A stretch of 64,000 nucleotides of DNA from Candidatus Heimdallarchaeota archaeon (GTDB taxonomy: Archaea > Asgardarchaeota > Heimdallarchaeia > Heimdallarchaeales > Heimdallarchaeaceae), in the NCBI GenBank assembly GCA_019057815.1, contig JAHLWR010000002.1:160001-224000 (forward strand), read 5' to 3'. The position numbers and the translations under genes are program-made. Under the pieces are notes generated by a model. That model was given only the letters and a program-made list of their open reading frames with translations, made no database searches and was not told where the DNA came from. Positions 31,494-42,087 of the stretch are shown here, piece by piece. Position 1 is the first letter of the stretch. Every line of letters begins with the position of its first letter.

Positions 31494-33803
31494 TTGTCCC
31501 GTTATGTGTTAAATATGGATAAGGAAGCTTCATTAGATGAAAATCTTTTCACAGAAACCGATTACAAAATCTATGGCTTTCTATGTAAACAGGGTTTTGC
31601 TACAGTTAAGGAAGTATCAAAAGCGTTGAAAATACCTAGTTCTTCTGTGCAAGCACTGGTAGAAAAATTGTATAGGGCAAATTGGTTAAAACAAGATGGT
31701 AGCAGTAGGAAATATCATGTTAATTTACTAAAAATCCCTAATAATTCAACAAACAACCTGCTTAAAGAATACCAAAATAATAGAAAAAAGGAAGAAGATT
31801 TCGTTCTAAAAACATCTACTAGTTTAACTGAGGCCACAACAGCCGCTAATAATCATTTAACAAAATCCATGGAGAATCTTTTTAATGAATCAGATTCATT
31901 AGGAGGAAATCTTGTTGAAGAAATAATATCACAGATTAGTAAGTTTGAAAATAACCGGCTTCGTGCTTTTGGATCATATAGAATTAACTTAGATTCCTTC
32001 ATGAGAGGAGTAAAAGAAGACATTTTCCGAGATCTTAGGAAAAACTTAGGATTCACATCATCAGGAGAAATTATTTTCAAAGAGGCTTCGTTAGATATGC
32101 CTGAGATGCCTTCTGCGTTATATATTGCTGATACAATAAATAATTCAAGAAAGCTAATTAAAAGAGGTTTTTCTGATATAGAAAGCAAAACAAGGCAAGT
32201 TTTTGAAAAAAAGAGGGAAGAATTTCAAAATAATCAGAATGAACTAATTTCATCGTTAGAAAAGGACATGAAAATAATAAAAAACGAAAAAAAAGAGATA
32301 TTCTCTTCAAAAACTGAATTATTCTTATCAATAGTTAAAAAATATCAAAATCAATTTGAAATTCTTTATTCTTCAAATATGATATCAATTGAAAACGCGA
32401 AAAATAGTTTAATTGACAACTTTAATCAGAAGAAAGTCTTGTTCAAGAACGAATTTGAACAGATTACAAACAAGCTAATCGTTAAAACGAAAAGCACCAT
32501 TTCAGATGTGTTGAAGAGGTTTACTGCATTTCCAGAAATAATAAAGAAAGATTTAGAATCTGTAAAACAAGAAAAAAGCCAAAAGAAAATACAGAAATTA
32601 GGCAATATACTAAGGAAAAGTAATTCAGGGTTTGTTCAAGATGCAAAAGAAATAGTGCAACAAATCCAAGTTTTGTTAAATAGTAATAAAGAATTTGCAC
32701 AAAAACAAGGAAATATTATTACCGACATCATGAAACTTAAAACAACAATTAACGACCTTGTGGAAGAAAGAAACTACGAAGAATTACGAATAGGAATTGA
32801 AAATCTAAACAATTTTCTTGAAAATCTCGAGAATGGTTATTCACATTTTTCCTCTCATGGAATAGATATTAAAAAGCGCTTGGAGAGTTACAATGAGAGA
32901 CTAGAAGAAAGATTGAATAAAATAGAAAATCAAGAGAGTAGTATCGAAACTACACTAGCTACATCTTATGACTTACAAATGTCAGCTGTTTTTCAAAATG
33001 TACAGCTATCTCTCGGAAATCTTTTACAAAACATATCTAATGAGTTGTTATTAATAAATGATGGGTTTGAAAGAGAGATTGAAAATCAGAATCAAGTAAT
33101 TTTGGAAGAAATAGACAATTCTTTTGAAACAATTTTAAATAATATTACAAAGAACATTCAAAATCAAAAATTATCGTTTGAAAACGGTATCAATAGAATT
33201 AATGATGAGTTTAGTAAAGTTTCTTCCGAAATTGAGATAGATTTAACAAAAATGATGGAAGAAAACAATCAGTTTCTTGATACTGGTTTCACAACATTGA
33301 AAGAACATACCTTTAAGGTTACGAATATTTACGAAATCAATCACGTAAAATTGATATTAGATTTGAAACAATTATTTGAGAACATGTCAATTTCTTTTAC
33401 TGGTTTAGTCAACTCACTTGAAAGTAAATTAGGTGATGAATATAGAAATCTACTCGAGTATTTCGAAAAAACAAAGGAAACAACAATGGGAACAGCAAAA
33501 AACCTACTAGAAGATTTAACAAATCGTCTTACAGATCAGATTGACAAAATTTGGACAAATGCATTAAAAGAATTAAACACATTACAAGAGAAAACACAAA
33601 CAACAAAAATTCATCAAACATTAAAAAACAAACTTTTGGAAACCAATGTAAAAATAAGAAATGCGATCCAAAACCAAATCAAAGGTGGAGAAATTGCCTT
33701 AGAAATGCTTGAAAACAGCATTAGAATGTCTTTTGACGATTTAAATATTCAAATGAGGGAAGCCTCAGAGAGTTTTAGTAAAAAAACAGAAGAAATTAAA
33801 TAA
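31494..33803 (+). CDS. TrmB-like wHTH fused to about 680-aa helical region
   Basis: TDYKIYGFL...ATVKEVSKALKIPSSSVQALVEKL; remainder helical. Confidence 0.7.
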   Translation: MSRYVLNMDKEASLDENLFTETDYKIYGFLCKQGFATVKEVSKALKIPSSSVQALVEKLYRANWLKQDGSSRKYHVNLLKIPNNSTNNLLKEYQNNRKKEEDFVLKTSTSLTEATTAANNHLTKSMENLFNESDSLGGNLVEEIISQISKFENNRLRAFGSYRINLDSFMRGVKEDIFRDLRKNLGFTSSGEIIFKEASLDMPEMPSALYIADTINNSRKLIKRGFSDIESKTRQVFEKKREEFQNNQNELISSLEKDMKIIKNEKKEIFSSKTELFLSIVKKYQNQFEILYSSNMISIENAKNSLIDNFNQKKVLFKNEFEQITNKLIVKTKSTISDVLKRFTAFPEIIKKDLESVKQEKSQKKIQKLGNILRKSNSGFVQDAKEIVQQIQVLLNSNKEFAQKQGNIITDIMKLKTTINDLVEERNYEELRIGIENLNNFLENLENGYSHFSSHGIDIKKRLESYNERLEERLNKIENQESSIETTLATSYDLQMSAVFQNVQLSLGNLLQNISNELLLINDGFEREIENQNQVILEEIDNSFETILNNITKNIQNQKLSFENGINRINDEFSKVSSEIEIDLTKMMEENNQFLDTGFTTLKEHTFKVTNIYEINHVKLILDLKQLFENMSISFTGLVNSLESKLGDEYRNLLEYFEKTKETTMGTAKNLLEDLTNRLTDQIDKIWTNALKELNTLQEKTQTTKIHQTLKNKLLETNVKIRNAIQNQIKGGEIALEMLENSIRMSFDDLNIQMREASESFSKKTEEIK

Positions 33804-33985
33804 CAAGTTACTGAAACTCTATTATAAAAAACCGATTTACTACCAACTCTCCGTTTTATTACCTTTGTCCAAAAGAATGTTTTTATAGAATGTTGAAAAA
33901 GAGTATTTAGTGTTAGAGAGAAATTAAGTACAAGTCTTTTTTCTTCGATAAAAAGATTAGTGGAATATTAAATCGGGGAATCTGT

Positions 33986-36064
33986 ATGGATAGAACTAAA
34001 GAAACTAACAATTTAGTAGAATTTCTATACCAACTAAGAAATAGAAAAATTAAGGATTCTAGTAAAAAAGAACAGATTCTTCGCCAAATATGCAATATTA
34101 TCCCCAATAAACTTGGTGATGTTCAAGTTACAATTGGTTTTTATGATAAAAATAACACACACTTTCACATATTTGTAGCTACAGACGAAAATATTTATGA
34201 AACATTTGAGATTGACACTTTTGACAATTCTGATCTTATTGCTAGTTTACAGATGACAACAGTGCCAATATGGTCTAAAGTCGAAAATATGCCGGAAAGA
34301 TACAAATGTAAAAAGATATTTCTCGAAAAAGGTCTTCAAGAATTGTATATAGCTCCAATAAGATATAAGGTTCAAACAGTTATAGGAGGTTTATGTGTAA
34401 TTCTCTCACCAAGAACAAGCAAACTTGGTACTGAACAAATAGTTCAATTCATAACTGAAACTTCTAACTTAGTATCTTTAATCATTACTTCTTGGGTAGA
34501 ACAATATGATTACCAATTGAAACAAGAGCAAACAGAATTAATTGTTGAGATGTCAAATCTAACATTAGAGACAACTGAAATCCAAATTATACTTAACACA
34601 ATCATCCCAAAAATCCAAAAAATAACGGGAATAAAACAATATGGAGTTTTTATAAAAGAAATAAATCAATTTAAAATTGTTAACAAAGTTGGTTTATCAG
34701 AAGAAATAATCGAATACATATCTCAACCATCTCTTGAAATCTCTAAACTACCTTATTATAATACAGTAGAGAAGATAATAGAAGAAGAAACTGCAGGTCA
34801 TCACCCTGAATACAGGATTATTCTTCCTATTGGTTCCACAAACTTAATGCTCGGTTTCTTACTTATCATTTCGGATACGCAAGATGTTTTATCAAATACT
34901 AATGTCAATTTCCTAAGAATAGTCGCCAATCAATTATTCCTAACCTTACAACGCAAAAGATTACTTGATGATATCCAAATAATAACACAAACAGCTGAAT
35001 TTTCATCTTTTCCATTAATTCTTGTAGACAATAGGCTTGATGTTATATATCTAAATATGCAATCAGAAAAAACATTCAATATCAGTCATGGAGAGACAAT
35101 TGGAGAAAATATAGAATATGCTTTGAAACTAGATACCGACAGAAAAATATTGTTAAGACAAAAGATAAATGAAGTACTCACTAACATTTCAAAAATTTCT
35201 TTTCAAATAGATTTGGATATATTTGAAGCAGGTAAGATGGATACTAGAACATTCTTAGTTCAACTATCTCCTACGATAAATAATTTAACAGGTGAGTATT
35301 GTGTTGTAATGTCCTTGGTTGATATTTCAGAAGCAACTAAGCTTCAAACAATAGCAAAAGAATACAATAGTAGAACACGAATGTATCTGAATGTTCTCAC
35401 ACACGATATTTACAACATATTTTTCGGTATTTCGGGTTATTACGAATTATTACGAAACACTATCTCACCAGAACAACAGGAAACAATTAAGCGAACAGAG
35501 CATCTTGTAAAACGTGGTACAGCTATTGTTCAAGATATACGATTATTGAGCAATGTTTTAGAATCATACTCTGAGAAACAATTAATATCCGTTCCTTTGA
35601 AAATGGCAATTACAACAGTCGTAAACAAAATTCATGAAGAGAATAATGAAAAGGGAATTGTGTTTAATATAGATGTTTCTAAAGAAATTAAGGTGCTCGG
35701 TGGAGCTTATCTCAGTAGCTTATTCTTATATGCAATCACAACTTTACTAAGAAAATCAAAGAAGAGAGAGATAGAAATAGAAATTAAAGGAACAACTAAG
35801 GAGATTGATTCCAACATTTTTTACGAGATAAGTATTTTTGATGAGGAAGGAACAGCACCTTCAATAAGAGAAGAAGGTAAAAGAGCATTTAACAAACTAT
35901 TTGATGAATATGTTAGAAAATATTTAGAAATAATGATTGTTTACGAAATCGCAAGAAAATACGATTATGCAATCAGTTTCAAAGATGTAGATGAAACTGA
36001 TTGGACCAAAGGTACTCATATAATTATTACCATGCCAGTTGCAATTGAAACAGAAAAAGAGTAG
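33986..36064 (+). CDS. GAF-GAF-PAS sensor with HisKA and degenerate HATPase domain
   Basis: PAS LILVD..YLN, H-box LTHDIYN; N/G1/G2 boxes not conserved. Confidence 0.75.
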   Translation: MDRTKETNNLVEFLYQLRNRKIKDSSKKEQILRQICNIIPNKLGDVQVTIGFYDKNNTHFHIFVATDENIYETFEIDTFDNSDLIASLQMTTVPIWSKVENMPERYKCKKIFLEKGLQELYIAPIRYKVQTVIGGLCVILSPRTSKLGTEQIVQFITETSNLVSLIITSWVEQYDYQLKQEQTELIVEMSNLTLETTEIQIILNTIIPKIQKITGIKQYGVFIKEINQFKIVNKVGLSEEIIEYISQPSLEISKLPYYNTVEKIIEEETAGHHPEYRIILPIGSTNLMLGFLLIISDTQDVLSNTNVNFLRIVANQLFLTLQRKRLLDDIQIITQTAEFSSFPLILVDNRLDVIYLNMQSEKTFNISHGETIGENIEYALKLDTDRKILLRQKINEVLTNISKISFQIDLDIFEAGKMDTRTFLVQLSPTINNLTGEYCVVMSLVDISEATKLQTIAKEYNSRTRMYLNVLTHDIYNIFFGISGYYELLRNTISPEQQETIKRTEHLVKRGTAIVQDIRLLSNVLESYSEKQLISVPLKMAITTVVNKIHEENNEKGIVFNIDVSKEIKVLGGAYLSSLFLYAITTLLRKSKKREIEIEIKGTTKEIDSNIFYEISIFDEEGTAPSIREEGKRAFNKLFDEYVRKYLEIMIVYEIARKYDYAISFKDVDETDWTKGTHIIITMPVAIETEKE

Positions 36065-36079
36065 TTTAAAATGAAACAA

Positions 36080-36349
36080 TTATAGACGAGTAACAAAAGT
36101 CATTTGTATTGTTGAAACACATTCTAGTGCATTTATGTAATCTTCTAACTCATCTTGTGCTCCGTCTTCTTCAGGAATAATGAATTGTGCAACAATACCA
36201 GTTATACCAAAAAATAGTGGTTTTTCTTCGACTTTTTCTTTCATCTCATATTTATCAGAAAGACCACCACGAACAGATTTCTCTAATTCTTGAGGGGTGA
36301 TTTCTGGTTTTTCTGGTCTAATTTCGTAAACTAATAGTACTGAACCCAT
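36080..36349 (-). CDS. ef1b: Translation elongation factor aEF-1beta
   Basis: MGSVLLVYEIRP, EKPLFFGI; typical linkage to Zn-ribbon gene. Confidence 0.9.
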   Translation of the reverse strand: MGSVLLVYEIRPEKPEITPQELEKSVRGGLSDKYEMKEKVEEKPLFFGITGIVAQFIIPEEDGAQDELEDYINALECVSTIQMTFVTRL

Positions 36350-36367
36350 TTATATCACATCTCAACA

Positions 36368-36559
36368 TTAAGGACCGGTAAAACCGCATTTAGGACAGAT
36401 ATATTGGTTCCCAAAACGCCTACATTTATTACATCTAATTATTAACACTTCATTACAATTAGGGCAGGAGAATCTTGTAGAACCTGTTTCACTTGGGGAG
36501 ATGTTTCTATTACAACTTGTGCATCGAGGCATAATTATTTCTTTACTCATAATTACCAC
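36368..36559 (-). CDS. Zn-ribbon protein (DUF1610/HVO_2753-like)
   Basis: [27 protein letters not shown]. Confidence 0.92.
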   Translation of the reverse strand: MVIMSKEIIMPRCTSCNRNISPSETGSTRFSCPNCNEVLIIRCNKCRRFGNQYICPKCGFTGP

Positions 36560-36736
36560 AGTTTACTTGTCTGTAATGGAACGAGCATGGTCTTGTTTTA
36601 AGCTTTTTGTCTTTTGCTTTATTTCAATCTCGTTAAGAAAATAAAAAATGAGCTTTAAAAGATAATAACGAAGCTTTAATATATTGATTTTGACTTTCCC
36701 TAGTTAAGAACAGTTGTTAAATTCTACCAATAATGG

Positions 36737-37903
36737 ATGATGAATATGAGTGGGTATTCACCAATATGGACGCATAAAGGTAGCGATAAACTACGAACAC
36801 TACAAATTACAAAAATATTAATGAACTCCTTAAAGAGAGTAATTTCCTCTTTTGACCTATCAAAAAAAGACACAAAGGAAGTAATCATCTATGCAATAGC
36901 TGAGACCATTCACAGATATTTCACTCCAAATCAAGAATTAGGGCTAGAAGAACAAATTAGGTTGTTCATTGAACTTTTGGGATGGAAAACTCTCACTATT
37001 AACATGAGTGAGGAGAAAGCCGAAGTGAAACTTGGAGCCAATCGTTTCTTCGTTTCAGAAAGTAAAGATCCAACATACTTGGTTATTGTTTCAGGTATAA
37101 TGAAAGCTGTTGGGTATCTGCTCTTCAATACTGATGTTGAACTGGAACAAATTCCAAGCCGCTTTGAATCTCAGCAATTACAAGTAGATATTAGTAAAAC
37201 ATCAAAAGACATTCCTGCAGCAAAAGAACACCTAATCGAAGCAGAATGGAATGTAAGTACACCTATAACACCAACCCAAACTTCTTCAGAAAAAACAGCA
37301 GATTCAAGTGATGTTAAAGGAAAGGAAGAAGTAGAAATCAAATCAACTATAGAGGTAGAACTAAGCGCGATTTTTTCTCCAATTCTGAAAGAATATCCAA
37401 CACTAACAATGTTTCCGATATTCCATAAGGTTTTATCAGAAATTACATCTACATTCTTCAGTGAAATAGAGGATGCAAACATTAAGAAAGCAAAAACAGA
37501 ATCCACTGAAAATAATATTCTATTCTTGATAGAATTCATACTAATCAATACTAGAGATTCAGGACAAGACTTACATGAAATCGCGGGAATGATAGGACAA
37601 TACGTAACAAAAGCATTACTAAGCAAATCAGATGACAACTTGGTAGAATTTTTACCAGATGAAATAACATCTACAATATCAAGAAGGGTTGTTTATGTAG
37701 ACTTCCCTGCAAGAAATTACTGTACATATGCACCTGGAGAAAAATGTGTGGAAGAGAAAAGAGATTTATGCGATTTTGTAATGTATATCTGGGAAGGAAT
37801 GCTTCAAGTATTATTACCAGATAAAAACTTCAAACTGGGAGATAGAATTCCAGCAACAAGAAGAGGAAAATTCTGCTTGGTTGAATTCTTAAAGAATGAG
37901 TAG
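36737..37903 (+). CDS. Tandem V4R/TRAPP(Bet3)-like domain protein
   Basis: Two domains with a T/P/S-rich linker; LLGWK..IVSGIMKA in first, C..LCDFVMYIWEGML..FCLVEF in second. Confidence 0.55.
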   Translation: MMNMSGYSPIWTHKGSDKLRTLQITKILMNSLKRVISSFDLSKKDTKEVIIYAIAETIHRYFTPNQELGLEEQIRLFIELLGWKTLTINMSEEKAEVKLGANRFFVSESKDPTYLVIVSGIMKAVGYLLFNTDVELEQIPSRFESQQLQVDISKTSKDIPAAKEHLIEAEWNVSTPITPTQTSSEKTADSSDVKGKEEVEIKSTIEVELSAIFSPILKEYPTLTMFPIFHKVLSEITSTFFSEIEDANIKKAKTESTENNILFLIEFILINTRDSGQDLHEIAGMIGQYVTKALLSKSDDNLVEFLPDEITSTISRRVVYVDFPARNYCTYAPGEKCVEEKRDLCDFVMYIWEGMLQVLLPDKNFKLGDRIPATRRGKFCLVEFLKNE

Positions 37904-37957
37904 AATAAGAGAAAAAATAAAAAGAATAAAGAAATAATTAGTATAGGTGAAAGTCAA

Positions 37958-38422
37958 ATGGGTAGAAGAGTTGTAAAAAGAGTTTATAGAGATACATATG
38001 CAGCTGGGCAACGAGATACTAAAGAATTCGGCGACAGGTATATGGTAAGAATAGAATTGATATCTTTAAAAGTACTAGAAGATAGAGATTTGTTTGGGAA
38101 TGAAAGCGAACTATATTTCAGAGTAGGACGAAGACCTAGGTTTAGCCACAGAATTCCCCAGAAAGGAACAATAAACATGGAGAAAAACGAAGTTTTTAAG
38201 CCACAAGAAGGATTAACACTATATACAGAATTTAAAAAAGCACCAAAAGGAGGATTAATAGAGGTACCATTCCACTTATTTGAGAGAGATCCAGGAAAAA
38301 ACGATGATTGCATCATTGACCACGAATTATCGATTCCTTTGGGTTCTTCTGATTATAGAATTATCACGCAAAACTCTATTAAAATCAAGCTCAAATTGTC
38401 TGGAATACGAACTAGATACTAG
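37958..38422 (+). CDS. C2-domain-like protein
   Basis: EDRDLFGNESELYF and FERDPGKNDDCI match C2 calcium loops 1 and 3. Confidence 0.55.
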   Translation: MGRRVVKRVYRDTYAAGQRDTKEFGDRYMVRIELISLKVLEDRDLFGNESELYFRVGRRPRFSHRIPQKGTINMEKNEVFKPQEGLTLYTEFKKAPKGGLIEVPFHLFERDPGKNDDCIIDHELSIPLGSSDYRIITQNSIKIKLKLSGIRTRY

Positions 38423-38432
38423 TTATCTAATT

Positions 38433-39683
38433 TCAGAGCACTTTCTTTCTTTTTGTTTTTATTAGAAATTTTACGCTAGTTTTTGCTACAAAAGGTAAGA
38501 AACGCAAATCTAACAGTAATTTAAAGACAATCTTTTTCTGATTATCTACATCTCCAATTTTTGATATTTTTTCTTTTCTCTTTTGAGTACTCAATAATTC
38601 AAAGAGTCGTTCAAGCTCTTTTTCGTTTAATGAATTAAGATATTGACGAACTAATTTCATTATTGTCAAATTACTTCTCATTTCTTTCTTCCAATACTTT
38701 TCATAATTTGAAAGAAAACGTGCGCTATAATTTCCGGTTTTTAGCGCTTCTGCAGCCATTTCTCCTGCTTTTATTGCTGCAAGACCACCTAATATTACTC
38801 CTCCACCTGTTGTTGGTTTTATTTGACCTGCTGCGTCTCCAACCACCATAATATTATCTGTATAGGTCTTTCGGATGAAAGAACCTACAGGAATCGCACC
38901 ACTCATCTGTTTTTCAATAGAAGCAGAAGAAAGCTTATGTTTTGCAATCGGATGTTTTGTAATGAAATGTTGCAAATGTTTCCCTGTAGGGCGAGAACGT
39001 GAGCCTAAGCCCACTTTTGCTTCATCTTCACCTATTGGAATTATCCATGCAAAAAAACCTGGAGCGAATTCAGGAGTTTGATATACTTCTACATATTTCA
39101 AGTCTATATTTTTTACGCCAGACATAATATATTGAGTAGTAAAGACTATTTTACTATAAGATGGAGAAGGAAGACCAATTTGTTGATTTAAATGGGGAAA
39201 TCTTCCTTCTGCAAGTATTAATAGTGGGGAAGTTACATTATTAGTCAGACTCTTCTTCCCTAAAGTTAATTTTATTCTATTATTATCACGTTTGATAGAA
39301 GTGACCTTAGAATTGGTATGGATTACGACACCTTTTTCTTCTGCTAATCTCAATAAATGTTGGTCAAACTTTGATCTATCAACAACCCAAGCTGTTACAC
39401 TACTCTTTTGAACAGTTATGTTTATACCAGAAGGAGAAAATAATCTAGAACCTATAATACTACGATTTTGCACCATCTCTGGAGGTAAATTGCTTAAACC
39501 TAATCGATTCAAACCATCTACACTAAGCAAACCAGCGCAATGCTCGTATTTTCCAATACAAGATTTTGATTCAAATAAATGGGTAACTGAACCATTTTTT
39601 GCTGCTGAAATGGCTGCAAATAATCCAGCGGGGCCTCCACCAACTACTGCAATTTCCGTTTCGAGAGATGACACGTAAGACAT
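38433..39683 (-). CDS. Geranylgeranyl reductase family flavoprotein
   Basis: GGGPAG, CAG, FAWIIP, VGDAAGQIKPTTGGG. Confidence 0.9.
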   Translation of the reverse strand: MSYVSSLETEIAVVGGGPAGLFAAISAAKNGSVTHLFESKSCIGKYEHCAGLLSVDGLNRLGLSNLPPEMVQNRSIIGSRLFSPSGINITVQKSSVTAWVVDRSKFDQHLLRLAEEKGVVIHTNSKVTSIKRDNNRIKLTLGKKSLTNNVTSPLLILAEGRFPHLNQQIGLPSPSYSKIVFTTQYIMSGVKNIDLKYVEVYQTPEFAPGFFAWIIPIGEDEAKVGLGSRSRPTGKHLQHFITKHPIAKHKLSSASIEKQMSGAIPVGSFIRKTYTDNIMVVGDAAGQIKPTTGGGVILGGLAAIKAGEMAAEALKTGNYSARFLSNYEKYWKKEMRSNLTIMKLVRQYLNSLNEKELERLFELLSTQKRKEKISKIGDVDNQKKIVFKLLLDLRFLPFVAKTSVKFLIKTKRKKVL

Positions 39684-39731
39684 TAACTAATGAGAATAAA
39701 AAAATAGTCATTAATATCTTAATAAATCAAA

Positions 39732-40997
39732 CTATTTCATTAACTCTCTAAGTAAATTAGTAGCATATGAGCCCTTTTGCAGTTTAAAAGACAGATTTAT
39801 CTTGTTCTTTGTCTTGTTAAAATCGTCTTCTTCAACTTCTTTTAACTTCAAATCTTGTGGTGTAAACAATAACGATCTCCTCGCACCCTTTCCTCCAATT
39901 CTTTGAATTAACGGTGTTTTAAACTGCGTTAGAGTAATATTTTCTTTCTCAAATATTTTTGAATATATCTCTGATGTTTCTCCCTTTAAAGTAGTCTTTG
40001 AACCAACAATTGGGATGTAAACTTTTTCTTTTATCATTTCTTCACCATTCAGAGGTTTAGTGAAATCTGAACTATAATGATTATATCTTATGTTAACATA
40101 ATTATTGAAAAGAAACGCTTGGTAAGCATGAATAAACAGCTTACGTAATTGTAATGGTAGAGTATTAAACACGTTTTCGTAGTTGTTATTTCTCTTTTCC
40201 AAATCATGAAGCATCTTTCGTTCTAGAAACAGATAATGCGGAAACATCTCTAGAGAATCCTTGTTATTCCCGGTTTCCCAATAGAATTTACGTGCTTTTT
40301 TTGTTTCCTCAGGTTCTCCCTTAAAGACCATGCCGATATAGTGACGAAACGCTTCCTTCAGATTTCCTAGAATAATATGTTTTCCTACAAAATGAGTAAT
40401 TGGTCTAATATCTCCAAATCTTTGAATCCCAAAACAGTTAGGAAGGCCTCCAAATTTTTTTATATCTCTTGAAATAAGAGAAAATATTTCAGTTATATTT
40501 TCTTCACCATATTTTACATTCCTGATAGTGATACCAAATGAATTTCCCCATAAACTTCCTAGACGAACTTCAGTAAGTTTGAAACAGTGAGAATGTGTTT
40601 TTATAGTCGGTAAATTTATAGGAGAAAGAATACCTTGTTCTGAAAGTTTTCTCGCTCCCCATGCTGAAACTCTTTGAGCTGTAACAGCGCGTTTGTCTTT
40701 TGTTCCAGCTATTCCAAGATTTTCTCTAGGAATTGACCAATATCTTGCAACCAAATCAAGAGCGCGATTAGCTTCTATATCTTTTTTCCATAAAACAAAA
40801 TGTAAAAACAATCCTGTCTTTCCTGGAAGATCAAAATGCATTTTTTCAGGATCAAGAACTTGGTTATTTTCTAATATTTCTCCCACAGTAAAATCTTCAG
40901 GAATACTCTTAATATTACCGTCTAACCCTTTCTCCTTAGAAACATAAGGAGACAAGAAGAGAGAGGATTCTATCTCTCTTTTTTTCACCCATATCAC
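39732..40997 (-). CDS. truD: tRNA pseudouridine13 synthase TruD/Pus7
   Basis: PEDFTV, AGTKDKRAVT, FGIQRFG, GSYATNLLRE. Confidence 0.95.
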   Translation of the reverse strand: MIWVKKREIESSLFLSPYVSKEKGLDGNIKSIPEDFTVGEILENNQVLDPEKMHFDLPGKTGLFLHFVLWKKDIEANRALDLVARYWSIPRENLGIAGTKDKRAVTAQRVSAWGARKLSEQGILSPINLPTIKTHSHCFKLTEVRLGSLWGNSFGITIRNVKYGEENITEIFSLISRDIKKFGGLPNCFGIQRFGDIRPITHFVGKHIILGNLKEAFRHYIGMVFKGEPEETKKARKFYWETGNNKDSLEMFPHYLFLERKMLHDLEKRNNNYENVFNTLPLQLRKLFIHAYQAFLFNNYVNIRYNHYSSDFTKPLNGEEMIKEKVYIPIVGSKTTLKGETSEIYSKIFEKENITLTQFKTPLIQRIGGKGARRSLLFTPQDLKLKEVEEDDFNKTKNKINLSFKLQKGSYATNLLRELMK

Positions 40998-41357
40998 CTA
41001 TAAAAGAGGTAAATCTGCTGTTATTTTATCAATATGTTTCTCAGGAGCTGGTCCAATTCCTATAACTGTTGTAGTTCCAGGTGGTAGTTGAGTAAGTCCA
41101 GCGTCATTAATAATAGAAAATGGAAAATCTAATTTTTGTGACTTTGCAGCTAGTTCCTTTATATCTTTCTCTGAATGAATCTTTACAGTTATCTTTTTTT
41201 GACCCTCTTTCAACCAACTATTTGCCCATTCAGGGTAGTATTTTTCTGCTTTAACATACGCAGATAATGAGCCATGAGCCACTTGAACTGCTGTTTTACC
41301 TTTTGACATCTTCAAATCTAAACGAACAGCTATAACTTGTTTATACTCAAATTTCAT
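40998..41357 (-). CDS. pth2: Peptidyl-tRNA hydrolase Pth2
   Basis: KMSKGKTAVQVAH, GQKKI, DAGLTQ, GIGP. Confidence 0.96.
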   Translation of the reverse strand: MKFEYKQVIAVRLDLKMSKGKTAVQVAHGSLSAYVKAEKYYPEWANSWLKEGQKKITVKIHSEKDIKELAAKSQKLDFPFSIINDAGLTQLPPGTTTVIGIGPAPEKHIDKITADLPLL

Positions 41358-41460
41358 TTCGTTCTGTGAATATATAAGTTACCTTAAATTAATACCGGTT
41401 GGAAGAAAAAAACAACTAAAACAATAATTGTTGAAAATATATAAATGAAAAGAAAAAATA

Positions 41461-41979
41461 TCATACATACTCAATGTACGCCTCAGTACCCAGAACTGAT
41501 GCAACTGTTTGAATTATTATACCTTCAGGAATTGGTAAAGAATCTTTGTATTTTTTTTGGATTTCGATTTTGTATTCTTTATCCGAAAAAGGTGGTATGT
41601 ATATTATTGAAACTTGTTTGACAGGTATGGGATCAAGTAGACTTTCAACTAATTTCTTTGGATCTTTTGTTCTTTCGAGAAATCTTATTTCCTTTTGAGT
41701 AACATCTCGAATTTGGGAGATAATATTTGGGGAGGAAAGTAGACTAATATCTTTCCCACGTGTAACAATTATCACATTATCTTCAAGTTCAAGAGATGAA
41801 TAGAAAGCAATATCTTTCAGTTGTTGATTTGATTTAGACATAGTGAGAAATAATTTAGAAAGTTTAATGTCAATATCATCGATTTTTCCTTCTTGATAGA
41901 GTTTTTTACATTTTCGACATAAAATGCCAGTTTGAGCGTCAATTGTACATATTGGTAGTTTCAATCTATGAATCTCCAC
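41461..41979 (-). CDS. NusA-like KH-domain protein with N-terminal Zn motif
   Basis: LPICTIDAQTGILCRKC N-terminus. Confidence 0.75.
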   Translation of the reverse strand: MEIHRLKLPICTIDAQTGILCRKCKKLYQEGKIDDIDIKLSKLFLTMSKSNQQLKDIAFYSSLELEDNVIIVTRGKDISLLSSPNIISQIRDVTQKEIRFLERTKDPKKLVESLLDPIPVKQVSIIYIPPFSDKEYKIEIQKKYKDSLPIPEGIIIQTVASVLGTEAYIEYV

Positions 41980-42087
41980 AAACTTTTATGTGTCAATAGA
42001 AATAGAGAGATTTTAAGAATTGCGAATGTCGATTAATTAAAGGATAATAATTTAAATAAAAGTATTTATTACTAAAACGTTAAAATT

